Below, piece after piece: positions 18,678-28,821 of a stretch of 64,000 bases of DNA. The notes beneath the pieces were generated by a model that was not told where the DNA came from, made no database searches, and saw nothing but the letters and a program-made list of their open reading frames with translations. Location: the NCBI GenBank assembly GCA_964583985.1, contig CAZOYD010000001.1:35532-99531 (forward strand), read 5' to 3'. How positions within the stretch are numbered: position 1 is the first letter of the stretch; every line of letters begins with the position of its first letter. A program made the translations under genes and the position numbers. This stretch comes from an uncultured archaeon. GTDB taxonomy: Archaea; Asgardarchaeota; Lokiarchaeia; Sigyniarchaeales; SOKP01.

Positions 18678-19547
18678 ATGGTGATCAGTAAATTGAAGTT
18701 TAATAATTTAATTTTAGAGCGAAAAATTAGAGAATTTCTTGAAGAGGATTGTCAATTCAGCGATATAAGTTCATGTATCATTCCTGAAGGCACTATCAGT
18801 TCTGCAAAAATTATAGCTAAAAGTAACGGTTATATTAGTGGATTAGAAGAGATGAATTTACTTTATAAAATTTTAAATGTATCAGTTAATCTTACTAAAA
18901 CTGATGGAGATCGAGTTAAGAATGGAGATATAATTGCATATTTAAAGGGAGAAACAAGATCAATTCTTTTTGGAGAACGAACAGCTTTAAATTTAATCTT
19001 TCATATGAGTGCTATTACTACTACTACACGTAGGTATGTTGAAATTATTAAAAAGTCTGGAAAAGACGTTAAAATAGCTTGTACGCGTAAAACTCTACCT
19101 GGTTTGCGTATTTTTGAGAAAAAAGCGGTTCAACTGGGTGGAGGAGAAACTCATCGATTTTCACTTGATGATATGGTTTTGCTAAAAGATACACATTTAA
19201 AGTATTTTAATGGAAATATCAAACAGATGATGATTGAAATAAAAAAGATCACCAGCTTTACAAAAAAAATTGAAATTGAAATTGAAAAGGTTGAAGATAT
19301 ATTGATTGCCGCTAAATTTGGTGCAGACATCATTATGCTCGATAATATGAATCCTGACCAGGTAGAAGATGCGATAAGTACATTAAAAAGGAATAATATC
19401 CGTGGAAGGGTTATTATCGAAGTTTCAGGAGGTATTACATTGGATAATATTGTAGATTATTTAATTGCTGAACCAAATATTATAAGCTCTAGTGAATTAA
19501 CTCAATTTCCCTCTGAAAAAGTTGATATTTCCTTACGATTTGATTAA
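18678..19547 (+). CDS. nadC: Nicotinate-nucleotide diphosphorylase (carboxylating)
   Basis: ERTALN, TRKTLPGLR..EK.AV..GGG..HR..L.D..L.KD.H, IMLDN, EVSGGI. Confidence 0.95.
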   Translation: MVISKLKFNNLILERKIREFLEEDCQFSDISSCIIPEGTISSAKIIAKSNGYISGLEEMNLLYKILNVSVNLTKTDGDRVKNGDIIAYLKGETRSILFGERTALNLIFHMSAITTTTRRYVEIIKKSGKDVKIACTRKTLPGLRIFEKKAVQLGGGETHRFSLDDMVLLKDTHLKYFNGNIKQMMIEIKKITSFTKKIEIEIEKVEDILIAAKFGADIIMLDNMNPDQVEDAISTLKRNNIRGRVIIEVSGGITLDNIVDYLIAEPNIISSSELTQFPSEKVDISLRFD

Positions 19548-19556
19548 TTTAAAAAT

Positions 19557-19967
19557 TTAATCTATAACAATCTCATGGATTGAGCAAGTTATATCTTTTA
19601 TTTTAGCGAGAGATTGATATAAATCTTTAATAAGACCAAATTCTCCCACTGTTAGAACGATTTCAATTTTTTTTTCTACAATTCTCCAATCAGTAATTGC
19701 CTTTATAATTGTGTTGAATTGGTTATACAATTCTGAAATCTCATCTGAAATGATACTTTTCGAGGGATAAACCAAATTTATTGTCATTATCTTGTATCCA
19801 TTCAAATCTTCGAATTTCTCATAATTCTCAATGAATTTTACAATTGCATCCCTTAAAGCTTCACTTTTTGAGTTAAAACCGCTTCGAAATCGCACTTTTT
19901 CAAATCTAACTAATAAATCATCACTTACTTGCAAAGAAATCATCTTCATAATTACAAATATGAACAT
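19557..19967 (-). CDS. Ribbon-helix-helix regulator with NikR-like architecture
   Basis: ISLQVSDDLL..FE......GF.SKSEALRDAI followed by an ACT-like C-terminal domain. Confidence 0.75.
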   Translation of the reverse strand: MFIFVIMKMISLQVSDDLLVRFEKVRFRSGFNSKSEALRDAIVKFIENYEKFEDLNGYKIMTINLVYPSKSIISDEISELYNQFNTIIKAITDWRIVEKKIEIVLTVGEFGLIKDLYQSLAKIKDITCSIHEIVID

Positions 19968-20016
19968 TTTGTTATAAATTTTAGATGAAAATAAAGAAAC
20001 TGAGTATATTAACTAA

Positions 20017-20853
20017 TTAAAAAAATTGATAGATAAAGTGAATACTCCTTTGAAGACTTTCCGATGATGCTAATTCAATAATTAAAGACCCTTCATATTG
20101 AAATTTCTCAAGCTGATTGAAAATTGCTTTGAAATTTATTTTTCCTGTCCCTAATGTTGGATGAGTATCTGATAAAACAGTATAATTTTCTACGAGATGG
20201 ACGTTTTTAATAATTTCATGATATTTTTCCCATAAAATCTCGACATTTCCGTTATTAGTATAGAAATGGCTAGTATCGTAGGTCATCTTTAAGTCAGATC
20301 TATTAATTTTCTTTAGAACTAGTTCAATATCATTCTGATCGAGCATTATAAAAGTACTTCTTGGCATATTCTCAAGACATATAGTAAATTCTGGATTATT
20401 AATAGTATCAAGTAATCTCGATATAGCTCCCGCAAGTTGTAGCTTATTGTATTCATTTAATGAAGGATTCATTCCATTCGCTTGTCCAGGATGAATCGTC
20501 ATTAATTTAACGCTAATTTCTTGACATAATTTATAAGTCTCTAAATAGGAATCAACGGATGCCGCGGAAATAGTATCATTATGAGAAGATAAATTAATAT
20601 CTATATATGGACCATGAACCTGTTTCTCTAATGAATATGAGTTAACTAGATCAATAAATTTTTGCTTGTTTTCACCTCTAATAATGCTTTGAGGATCTAT
20701 AACAATTTCTACAACATCAATATCATTTTCTTCAGCAAAATTAAAGCAACTTTCTGTTGCTTTGAAAAACATATCAAAAAGATTATTATTAATTTTGTTT
20801 TTGGAAATATTGTCTATTAAATGTCCTAAAGTACTGATCCCTAATAACATCAT
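20017..20853 (-). CDS. Sugar phosphate isomerase/epimerase (AP endonuclease 2 TIM barrel)
   Basis: VHGP..DINLSS, TIHPG, LENMP, YDTSH, H..LGTG.INF, IIE. Confidence 0.85.
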   Translation of the reverse strand: MMLLGISTLGHLIDNISKNKINNNLFDMFFKATESCFNFAEENDIDVVEIVIDPQSIIRGENKQKFIDLVNSYSLEKQVHGPYIDINLSSHNDTISAASVDSYLETYKLCQEISVKLMTIHPGQANGMNPSLNEYNKLQLAGAISRLLDTINNPEFTICLENMPRSTFIMLDQNDIELVLKKINRSDLKMTYDTSHFYTNNGNVEILWEKYHEIIKNVHLVENYTVLSDTHPTLGTGKINFKAIFNQLEKFQYEGSLIIELASSESLQRSIHFIYQFF

Positions 20854-20875
20854 TCACGCTCAATAAAAATCAGGT

Positions 20876-21550
20876 TTATTTTAACCATTTTTTGGGACAA
20901 TTCGCGAATAATTGCCTAAACATTGTCTGAAATTTTTCTAAATTCTCCACATTTAAAAGATAAGGTTCTCCAATCAATAGGCTTCCCCAATAGATCTTTG
21001 CAAATTTTTCAACTAATTCCGCATTTTTTATTGCATTTGAAGCAGATTTTCCACAAACTATTACCCCATGATTTGCTAATATCGCTCCATTCTTATAACT
21101 CAAAGCTTTAAGAGCAACTTCTCCGATATCATCAGTATGTGCTTCTCCATAAGAAGAAACATCGATTGATCCCCCTAAATAAATAACTTGTTCTTCCATT
21201 ATTATTGGGATGCTTTTTCTTACAACTGATAACATAGTAGCAAAAGTTGAATGGGTATGAATAACACATTGAACTTTTGGTCTTGATTTGAAGATGGCTG
21301 TATGTAATTTCACTTCACTTGATGGCAATTTTCCAGAACTTAAAGGTGTTCCGTCAAAAGCCATGTGAACAATCTGATCTTCAGTAAGTGTGTCATATTG
21401 ATTTGCAGTTGGAGTGATAAGAAATTCTTCGCTTTTAGCAACTCTTATACTCACATTTCCCTCATTATTTTCTACAAGCCCTTTTTCAAATATTGATTTA
21501 GCCGCTTCGACAACTGTTTTTCTTAATTCATTAATTAAAATTGACTCCAT
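20876..21550 (-). CDS. Class II aldolase/adducin family (FucA-like)
   Basis: GNVSIR, ITPT, PSSE..LH, IHTHS, LANHG. Confidence 0.9.
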   Translation of the reverse strand: MESILINELRKTVVEAAKSIFEKGLVENNEGNVSIRVAKSEEFLITPTANQYDTLTEDQIVHMAFDGTPLSSGKLPSSEVKLHTAIFKSRPKVQCVIHTHSTFATMLSVVRKSIPIIMEEQVIYLGGSIDVSSYGEAHTDDIGEVALKALSYKNGAILANHGVIVCGKSASNAIKNAELVEKFAKIYWGSLLIGEPYLLNVENLEKFQTMFRQLFANCPKKWLK

Positions 21551-21742
21551 TGGTGATTAAATGAAGAATTCAATAAAAAGATATATTAATACTCAAATAT
21601 ACTTCTAAATTCCTTGGAAATGGAGATATTAACCTTACATAAATATATAAAATAAAACTAATAATTTTGTATTGTCTTAATTTTTAAATAATTAAAATAA
21701 ATACTAGCATGTGGATAAAAACTGAATAAAACTTCGTAAAAT

Positions 21743-22831
21743 ATGAAACGGTTTATCTTACATTGTGATCTAGACGCTTTTTTTGCTTCAGTTGAAGTTA
21801 GAGATAATCCCAATTATCAGAATAGTCCAGTTATTATTGGGGCGGATCCGAAAGATGGAAAAGGAAGGGGGGTTGTATCCACGTGTAATTACGAAGCTCG
21901 AAAGTTTGGAATTCGTTCTGCCATGCCCATTTCAATCGCATATCAAAGATGTCCACAAGGTATTTACTTGAGACCAAATTTTAACAAGTACAATCAAGCT
22001 TCTAATGAAGTAATGAAAATAATTAAATCCTTTTCTTCCAAGTTCCAGCAAGTTAGTATTGACGAGGCTTATATCGATATTTCTGAATCTTGCGATACTT
22101 TTGATGAAGTACAAGAACTTATGTTAAATTTACAACAAAAAATACACGATTCGGTGGGTATAACTATATCAATTGGGTGTGCATCTTCAAAATCAATCGC
22201 AAAAATAGCGTCTGATTTTAAAAAACCTAATGGAATCACAATTGTAAGATCTGAGGAAATAAAGGAATTTTTATCACCCATGGATATAACTCGCATCCCT
22301 GGAATTGGAAAAAAGTCCAAAAAATACTATAATAATCAAGGAATTAGAGTAATCGGTGATTTAATCAATATCCCACTTCATAAGATGGTCCAAAAATTTG
22401 GTAAAAGCGGAAATTTGATTTGGGAAATTGTAAATGGTCTAGACAAGAGAGAAGTAAAGAATTCAAAGGAGTATAGGAAGTCGATAAGTAAAGAAAGAAC
22501 TTTCTATAAAGATACTAATGATTTTCAAGAAATAATATCAAAATTTGATGAAATTATCGAAAAACTTCATAATAAAGTCAAGCAGGATAATATTTATTTT
22601 AAGACTATTACTTTAAAAATTCGATTTGAAGGTTTTATAACGTATACCCGATCAAAAACACTTCCATATCCTACGCAAGATAAGGAGAAAGCAATTAATA
22701 TCATACTAGAATTATATCAAGAGTTTTCAAAAGACAAGCGAAAGATCAGATTAGTTGGAATCAAAATTTCGAATCTAAGTTCAAGATCTAAAGTAATTCA
22801 GAAAGATTTGCTTAGTTATGTGAACGATTAA
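21743..22831 (+). CDS. dinB: DNA polymerase IV (Y family)
   Basis: HCDLDAFFASVE, YEARKFGIRSAMP, SIDEAY, AKIASD..KPNG, IPGIG; C-terminal PIP-like QKDLLSY. Confidence 0.95.
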   Translation: MKRFILHCDLDAFFASVEVRDNPNYQNSPVIIGADPKDGKGRGVVSTCNYEARKFGIRSAMPISIAYQRCPQGIYLRPNFNKYNQASNEVMKIIKSFSSKFQQVSIDEAYIDISESCDTFDEVQELMLNLQQKIHDSVGITISIGCASSKSIAKIASDFKKPNGITIVRSEEIKEFLSPMDITRIPGIGKKSKKYYNNQGIRVIGDLINIPLHKMVQKFGKSGNLIWEIVNGLDKREVKNSKEYRKSISKERTFYKDTNDFQEIISKFDEIIEKLHNKVKQDNIYFKTITLKIRFEGFITYTRSKTLPYPTQDKEKAINIILELYQEFSKDKRKIRLVGIKISNLSSRSKVIQKDLLSYVND

Positions 22832-23757
22832 TTAATTTCATTTAATTTTCCTATAATATTCTTTTGGATTATAGAATTAGAAGCGATTAATCCAGGTTGA
22901 GATACTATACATTTATCATTTTTAAATGTAATTTTATTTCCATGCAAATCTGAGACAATTCCTCCCGCTTCTTGCACTAATAAGATCCCGGGCAAGAAAT
23001 CCCAAGCATAAGATCTGCTTTTATTCATTGGTTTTATATATAAATCAGCAGATCCATCTGCAATCATACAAAATTTAGCCATACTGTCAATTTGAATGAA
23101 TTTTGATATTTCAACACGCCTTGCAAAATCCATTACCCATGGCTCATCGTAGTGCAATGAATGGCATAATGTTGCTTGTTCTAAATGAGATTGATCGCTA
23201 ACCTTTACATTCATAAATTCTGAATTATTAATAGCATATTTACTGCCGTTGTCTTTTTCAGCAATAAAAATTGCTTTATTGTACTTCTTGTAGTTTGGAA
23301 CTGCGATTGCACATACTTTTGGATTATTATTTATCATAAAGCCAATACCAATTGCATATATTAATCCTTCTTGGTACCCTTTTGTACCATCAATTGGATC
23401 CACGGTCCATTGACGTTTTGAAGATTTGCTATTTCGTATTAAGATTTTTCCAATATCGATATTTTCAGCAATATTTAAAGCATCATAACATAAATTAATT
23501 GATTTCTTTGTTTTATTATCAAGAAAAGGGGTATTTCCTTCCTCAGCAATTACTTGATCGTCAGGAAATTGGTGCTTAATTTTATTGTGTATATAAATTT
23601 GAGCAGCATAATCAGCAGTAGTGACAGGAGATTCATCTTCTTTTTGATAAGATTGAAAACCAAATTGTCTGAACCATTCTGTTATTTTTAAGGCTATATT
23701 AACAATCTCAATTGCCAATTTCAATTCCTTATAATATGGGGAACTGGTTGATATCAT
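22828..23757 (-). CDS. 3'(2'),5'-bisphosphate nucleotidase / inositol monophosphatase family (HAL2-like)
   Basis: SPVTTADY, AEE, DPIDGTKG, IDS.AK, WD..PG.L.V.EAGG.VSD. Confidence 0.85.
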   Translation of the reverse strand: MISTSSPYYKELKLAIEIVNIALKITEWFRQFGFQSYQKEDESPVTTADYAAQIYIHNKIKHQFPDDQVIAEEGNTPFLDNKTKKSINLCYDALNIAENIDIGKILIRNSKSSKRQWTVDPIDGTKGYQEGLIYAIGIGFMINNNPKVCAIAVPNYKKYNKAIFIAEKDNGSKYAINNSEFMNVKVSDQSHLEQATLCHSLHYDEPWVMDFARRVEISKFIQIDSMAKFCMIADGSADLYIKPMNKSRSYAWDFLPGILLVQEAGGIVSDLHGNKITFKNDKCIVSQPGLIASNSIIQKNIIGKLNEIN

Positions 23758-23918
23758 AATTCGAGAAAATTAGAGTGATTGATATAATGTACTAAAAATT
23801 AGAAAAAGCAATAAAATTTTGGAAGAAAGAAATATAAATTTTTACTAGAATTTAGTCCAAGCTGAATCGATTTTTTATAAAGTTAAAATATAAATAATGC
23901 AAATATCATGATTTAACT

Positions 23919-24662
23919 ATGTCTAATTTAATGTTCATTGGTATGGTATTTGAATCAACAATTATTATCATAGCAGTAATTATACTCGTTTTAATATTAA
24001 AGAAATATTTCCAAAAACGTCACCAATTAACTCTTTACCTATTCCTAATATTCTTATTTTATATGGTTGCTATCATTTTTTCATGGTTATCAAAGATATT
24101 AGTATTGTATTCGGGAGTAGGATACGTTTACAACACTACTCTTCCTGATCCTGGGACTTTGCAATCTTGGTTCTTATTAAGAATTATAGATTTTCGATTC
24201 AGTTTTTTCTTCCTAACGATTGCTATCTTCATTTCCTACATTTTAAAAGTTAATGTGTTTGAAAAAGGATATAATCGGATTCATAAGATAATCGTGATTG
24301 TTTATGGAATTATCACTTTAATATATAGCTTGTTTATATATGCGAGAGGAAATACGATGCTGGATGCGATCGCGTTCTTGCTGATATTTCTATATATGGC
24401 AATGATTTACATTCCATTCTTCATAAGTTCGTATAAATCCTTCACGCTAGCTAAAACTCCAACATTCAGAAAAGCATTTTTATCATTAGCTTTAATGTCT
24501 ATATGTTACATATTAGTACCGTTGAATTTTTTAATCGATAGACTAATGATTCTTTTTGGTGGGCCCGGTTTTTCCTTGTATTATTTTTTAGCATGGATAT
24601 TTGTATTATTGGCCATGATATTCTCTTATTTTGGATATATTCGTCCAAAAGCAAGCGAATAA
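23919..24662 (+). CDS. Hypothetical seven-TM membrane protein
   Basis: Seven hydrophobic ~20-aa segments counted by eye; ends FGYIRP. Confidence 0.7.
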   Translation: MSNLMFIGMVFESTIIIIAVIILVLILKKYFQKRHQLTLYLFLIFLFYMVAIIFSWLSKILVLYSGVGYVYNTTLPDPGTLQSWFLLRIIDFRFSFFFLTIAIFISYILKVNVFEKGYNRIHKIIVIVYGIITLIYSLFIYARGNTMLDAIAFLLIFLYMAMIYIPFFISSYKSFTLAKTPTFRKAFLSLALMSICYILVPLNFLIDRLMILFGGPGFSLYYFLAWIFVLLAMIFSYFGYIRPKASE

Positions 24663-24684
24663 TTTTTTTTTATTTTTTATTTTT
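24663..24684 (+). terminator. T-rich tract, possible archaeal terminator
   Basis: T9 run plus further T tracts right after the stop codon. Confidence 0.35.
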
Positions 24685-24764
24685 AATTAGGTATAAGTTT
24701 AAGATGATTTCACAATATTATATTAATACATCTTTTAATAACATGATTTAAGCTGGGGAGTAGC

Positions 24765-25178
24765 ATGGTAAAAATTCTTCAAGATCTTTACATAATTTCT
24801 GAAGGAGGTATTGTACTTTATCATCGTATTTTTGATGAAAAATTCGATGACCAGCTTTTTGGAGGACTTATGAGTGCTTTAAATTCCTTCGCAGAAGAAT
24901 TAATGAATGAAGAGCTTTCGAATTTTGAATTACAGGATAAGAGATATACCTTTATAAGGAGAAATGATATCTTATTTGTAGCAAGTTCTTCCAAAAAAAT
25001 CAAGACAAAAAGAATTATTGATGAATTAGAATTAATAGTAAAAAGTTTTTTCGATTTATATCCTGTTGAATTTTTAGAGACGTGGGAAGGAGATGTAGCA
25101 ATTTTCCTTAACTTTGAAAAGGAAATTGAGGATAGTTTAGAAGGAACGATTCAAAAATTCCAAAAAGCATTTTGGTAA
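24765..25178 (+). CDS. Longin-like domain protein
   Basis: LYII..GGI.LY.R...DDQLFGGLMSAL.SFA.E pattern typical of Asgard longin/sedlin-fold proteins; GGGGAG upstream. Confidence 0.7.
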   Translation: MVKILQDLYIISEGGIVLYHRIFDEKFDDQLFGGLMSALNSFAEELMNEELSNFELQDKRYTFIRRNDILFVASSSKKIKTKRIIDELELIVKSFFDLYPVEFLETWEGDVAIFLNFEKEIEDSLEGTIQKFQKAFW

Positions 25179-25634
25179 TCATTCTTCGGTGCAACCTATA
25201 CAAGTATATTTAAATATTTTAACTTCTTGGACATTTTCAAATTGACCAATGTCTTGGATTAATCTAACTTTATCAAGATTTTCATAAAAGGAAATGTACA
25301 CACCAAAAAAGCAATTATTTTCTTGAGAACAGAACCCTGTTGAGTTGAAAATATCATAATTCAATTTTTTTAAATAAGTTATTACATTGCTTAATATTTG
25401 GGGTTTAATTTCTGGCAGTGTAACTAAAATAAAATAAACCATTTCATATTTAGTTGGATAAATTGAGAAATGAACATGTCTCATTCCATGAGTTTCTTCT
25501 CGGAAAGTGGTTAAAAAAAAGAACTTATTTTCTTTTAACTGAATTTGCTCATTCATCCTTTCTGGTAAATTCCAATTTTCAATTTCAGCTTTATCATAAA
25601 GTTTTCCAATAAATTCATCCATTATTTCTGTCAT
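25179..25634 (-). CDS. Hypothetical protein, possible C-terminal ACT-like domain
   Basis: 151-aa ORF; alternating beta-alpha pattern in the C-terminal half. Confidence 0.55.
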   Translation of the reverse strand: MTEIMDEFIGKLYDKAEIENWNLPERMNEQIQLKENKFFFLTTFREETHGMRHVHFSIYPTKYEMVYFILVTLPEIKPQILSNVITYLKKLNYDIFNSTGFCSQENNCFFGVYISFYENLDKVRLIQDIGQFENVQEVKIFKYTCIGCTEE

Positions 25635-25860
25635 ATTATCATCCTAATTTTTAATTTCAGATAGTTAAGATAATAAATTCATTTTATAATTATTAATAAT
25701 GTTCCTTTATAATTATAGAAAAATCGAACATATAAACAAATATTCTTTTATTCTTACATTAGTAAGAGAAACTTAGAGTTGAATTTTTAAATAATAATCT
25801 CAATCTATAATTACTTTAGATTATAGAGTTTTATATAAAAAAATTCATTTTAATTACATC

Positions 25861-26214
25861 ATGAAAGCAATTGGATTGGTATTTTTATTCGATCGAAATC
25901 AAGGATCTCCTCAAGAGGTCTCAGCTAAATTTATTTCTCATTTTTCTAATGTCACAGAAAATCTCGTATTAGAAGGATTGCTAGAGTTATCTGAATTAAA
26001 AGAAATTCTTGATATGAAAAGGATATATTGGGGTGGTATAAAGCAGAATTTCTTAGAAATGCAAGATGATGAGTTATTAATAGGAAAAGTTGCTTGGAAA
26101 GTGTTTACTGATAATTCAGGCATCGAACCTTCTGAGGAGGTTAAGAGTTTAGTCTACGAAGAAAAAGATGCTCCTTGGAAATTTGCTCTCAATGCTTGCG
26201 TTATATATGAGTAA
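25861..26214 (+). CDS. Hypothetical protein
   Basis: 117-aa ORF with ATG start and normal composition; no motif recognised. Confidence 0.6.
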   Translation: MKAIGLVFLFDRNQGSPQEVSAKFISHFSNVTENLVLEGLLELSELKEILDMKRIYWGGIKQNFLEMQDDELLIGKVAWKVFTDNSGIEPSEEVKSLVYEEKDAPWKFALNACVIYE

Positions 26215-26320
26215 ACAAGAAAATATTTCTTTTTCTCAATATGGGGTAGAATTAGATAGATTAAAGAACATTAATATAGAATTATAGATAATTATTTTTT
26301 AATATTGGATTATTAGAACG

Positions 26321-27889
26321 ATGACAGATTATCGGATGGTTTATGATTCTGGTAGTACTCTATTGAAATGTGCAATTGCAGATGAATCAGGGAATATTTT
26401 TGCTTTAAGATCTTGGAGAAGCGAAATTGTTCAAAGTGAGGATGGTTTTCACCGAGAATGGAATTATAGGAATTATTGGGAAAATTTAATTAAACTTTCG
26501 AAAGATACAATAAATTCTGCAAAAATTAATCCACAAAATATAAAATATATTACTGCTACTTCAATGCGTCCAAGTTGTGTATTTGCTGATGAAGATAATA
26601 ATGCTGTTTATATTGGAGCAAGTTTTGAACTTCGAGGAATCGATTATGCTGAAGAAGTTGATGAAGAATTTCTTGAGAGAACTGGAAAATCATTTTATCA
26701 AAGTTCTGGACATTTTCCCTCTCTATTATTTATACCAGCACGATATAAATATTTTAAAGAAGAGAAAGAAGAAGAGGAGAGGTTCCATAAAATTTCACAA
26801 TACCTTCCTATAGATAGCTGGATTTTAGTTAAATTTGGAGGGGAAATCCATGCCAATATAACCAGTGCAGGAGAATCTGGATTTTTTGATATAGAATCGA
26901 AATTATGGCATCCTGCTTGGGAGGATCTTCTTGATTTACCAGATTATTTTTTTCCATGGCCAGTTTTGCCAGGAGAAATAATTGGTACCGTATCTGAGCA
27001 ATATCAAAAAGAACTTAACCTCAATTCTGAAGTTCACTTGGTTGCAGGAATCTCAGATACCCAAGCCGCATTATTAGGTTGTCAATGCGTAGAAATAGGC
27101 TCAATTGGAGCGGTTTTAGGAACCACATCACCAATTCAAGTTGTAACACAAAATCGTTATATAGATCCTGATGAAAAAACATGGAACGGAATATTTGCTT
27201 GTAAGAATTTATTCAATCATTATTATTTAGAAACTAGTACAGGGATAACGGGACGGTTATTAAAATGGGCGGCAAATCTATTTTATGGAGAAGAAGAATC
27301 GACGTCCAAACAAAGACTTCAAAAATTAGATGAAGCCTATAAACAGTATGACCAATTTGAATTACAGGCAACTTTAGATCAAATAAGAGCAACGATAGTA
27401 TATTCTTTACTTGGTCCTTCACCTTTAGCAAGCACTCAAATGGGAATTACTCCTGGATTATTTCATTTTGAAAGCCCTGGAGGCGTGGAAGAAGTTTTAC
27501 ATGAAAAAAATGCATTTATTGCTGCAGTTTTTGATAATATTCATTTTGCCATAATGCAAAATGTTGAACATCTCCTTAAACTAACAAAAATTGAGAATCC
27601 ATTATATGCATTTGTAGGCGGTATTACTCGAAATTCGACTCTTTTACAGCGATTTTCAGATCTTCTCCAATCTCCTATCATCTCATCCACTAATCACGAA
27701 TCCACTATCCAAGGGATGCTTGTTTTATGCGATGTTGCTGCAAATAGAATACGATCATTGGATGATCTCAAATCTCGAAATCAGAAGCTAAATCTCATAA
27801 AAAAAATTGAACCACGAAATTTGATGATAGAGAAATTAGTAAATAGATATAAGAGTTGGTTAAAAATTTACCAACAATATAATAAATAA
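26321..27889 (+). CDS. FGGY-family carbohydrate kinase (LsrK-like)
   Basis: DSGST..K, ATSMR, GE.IG, SDTQAA..G, LGTT, VGG..R. Confidence 0.85.
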   Translation: MTDYRMVYDSGSTLLKCAIADESGNIFALRSWRSEIVQSEDGFHREWNYRNYWENLIKLSKDTINSAKINPQNIKYITATSMRPSCVFADEDNNAVYIGASFELRGIDYAEEVDEEFLERTGKSFYQSSGHFPSLLFIPARYKYFKEEKEEEERFHKISQYLPIDSWILVKFGGEIHANITSAGESGFFDIESKLWHPAWEDLLDLPDYFFPWPVLPGEIIGTVSEQYQKELNLNSEVHLVAGISDTQAALLGCQCVEIGSIGAVLGTTSPIQVVTQNRYIDPDEKTWNGIFACKNLFNHYYLETSTGITGRLLKWAANLFYGEEESTSKQRLQKLDEAYKQYDQFELQATLDQIRATIVYSLLGPSPLASTQMGITPGLFHFESPGGVEEVLHEKNAFIAAVFDNIHFAIMQNVEHLLKLTKIENPLYAFVGGITRNSTLLQRFSDLLQSPIISSTNHESTIQGMLVLCDVAANRIRSLDDLKSRNQKLNLIKKIEPRNLMIEKLVNRYKSWLKIYQQYNK

Positions 27890-27975
27890 TTTTGGGGATT
27901 ATTAGATATAAATTTATTAAATTAAATGTTTTTGTGTATAAATATATACTATAATTAACAACTGTTTAAAAATCG

Positions 27976-28794
27976 ATGAATTTGTTGGATAAACAAAAAG
28001 GTACTATTCAAGCACTAAATGCATATTTAATAACCGCTTTATTATCATTATTCATTGCAGGGATATTCCTAATTTTAATAGGTTTTTTTATTAGCTTTGA
28101 GCATTATAGCGTAATAATTATGAATGAATTGTATCAAAATCTTGTGTTGCTAATAATGATATTTGGGTTAATATTGATATCTTTAGGAGCTTTTGAATCC
28201 CTAGTAATAATGATTAAAGTTAAAAGTGTAATCAACCTTGTTCTTGAGAAGGGGGATTTAACTCAAGAGAAAAATAGAGATCAATTCTCTGGCATTGGTG
28301 GAGGATTACGAATTATTAGACCTGTGAGTGAAACGGAATCTCCAAAGAGAAGTTTTCCTCAAAGTTTTGACAGTCCAAAACCTCTTAAAACGACGACACG
28401 AATAGTTCCGAAAGAAAAAATTACCATAACTAAAAAAGTGGAAGCTTCACAAAACGAAATTCTTGATATTTCACTCGAGGAAGCATTACAGAAGATTATT
28501 GATAGATATAACAACCCGAATATATCTAAAGCATTTGTTAATTGGCAAAATACGCTAATGATGACATTTCCTGACCTTGAAAAATCATATTTATTTAAGA
28601 TCAATAATGATCAAGGAATAATTTTAGAGGAGGGATTAGAAGAGGAAGCTGCTGTGCAAGTAATGTTGGATTCAGATCTATTTATTAAAATGATGTTAAA
28701 ACAAATTAATCCTATCAAAGCATATAGCAGTGGAGGACTTGAAGTTAAAGGGAAGATGAAAAATCTTTTAAAATTACGCAAGTTAATGTTCTAA
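27976..28794 (+). CDS. Membrane protein with two N-terminal TM helices and a C-terminal SCP2 lipid-binding domain
   Basis: Two hydrophobic segments, a P/S/T-rich linker, then an SCP2-type end DLF.KM......P.KAY..G.L.VKG.M..LLKL. Confidence 0.75.
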   Translation: MNLLDKQKGTIQALNAYLITALLSLFIAGIFLILIGFFISFEHYSVIIMNELYQNLVLLIMIFGLILISLGAFESLVIMIKVKSVINLVLEKGDLTQEKNRDQFSGIGGGLRIIRPVSETESPKRSFPQSFDSPKPLKTTTRIVPKEKITITKKVEASQNEILDISLEEALQKIIDRYNNPNISKAFVNWQNTLMMTFPDLEKSYLFKINNDQGIILEEGLEEEAAVQVMLDSDLFIKMMLKQINPIKAYSSGGLEVKGKMKNLLKLRKLMF

Positions 28795-28821
28795 ATAGAA
28801 AAAGAAATGAGGGTAATTTAA

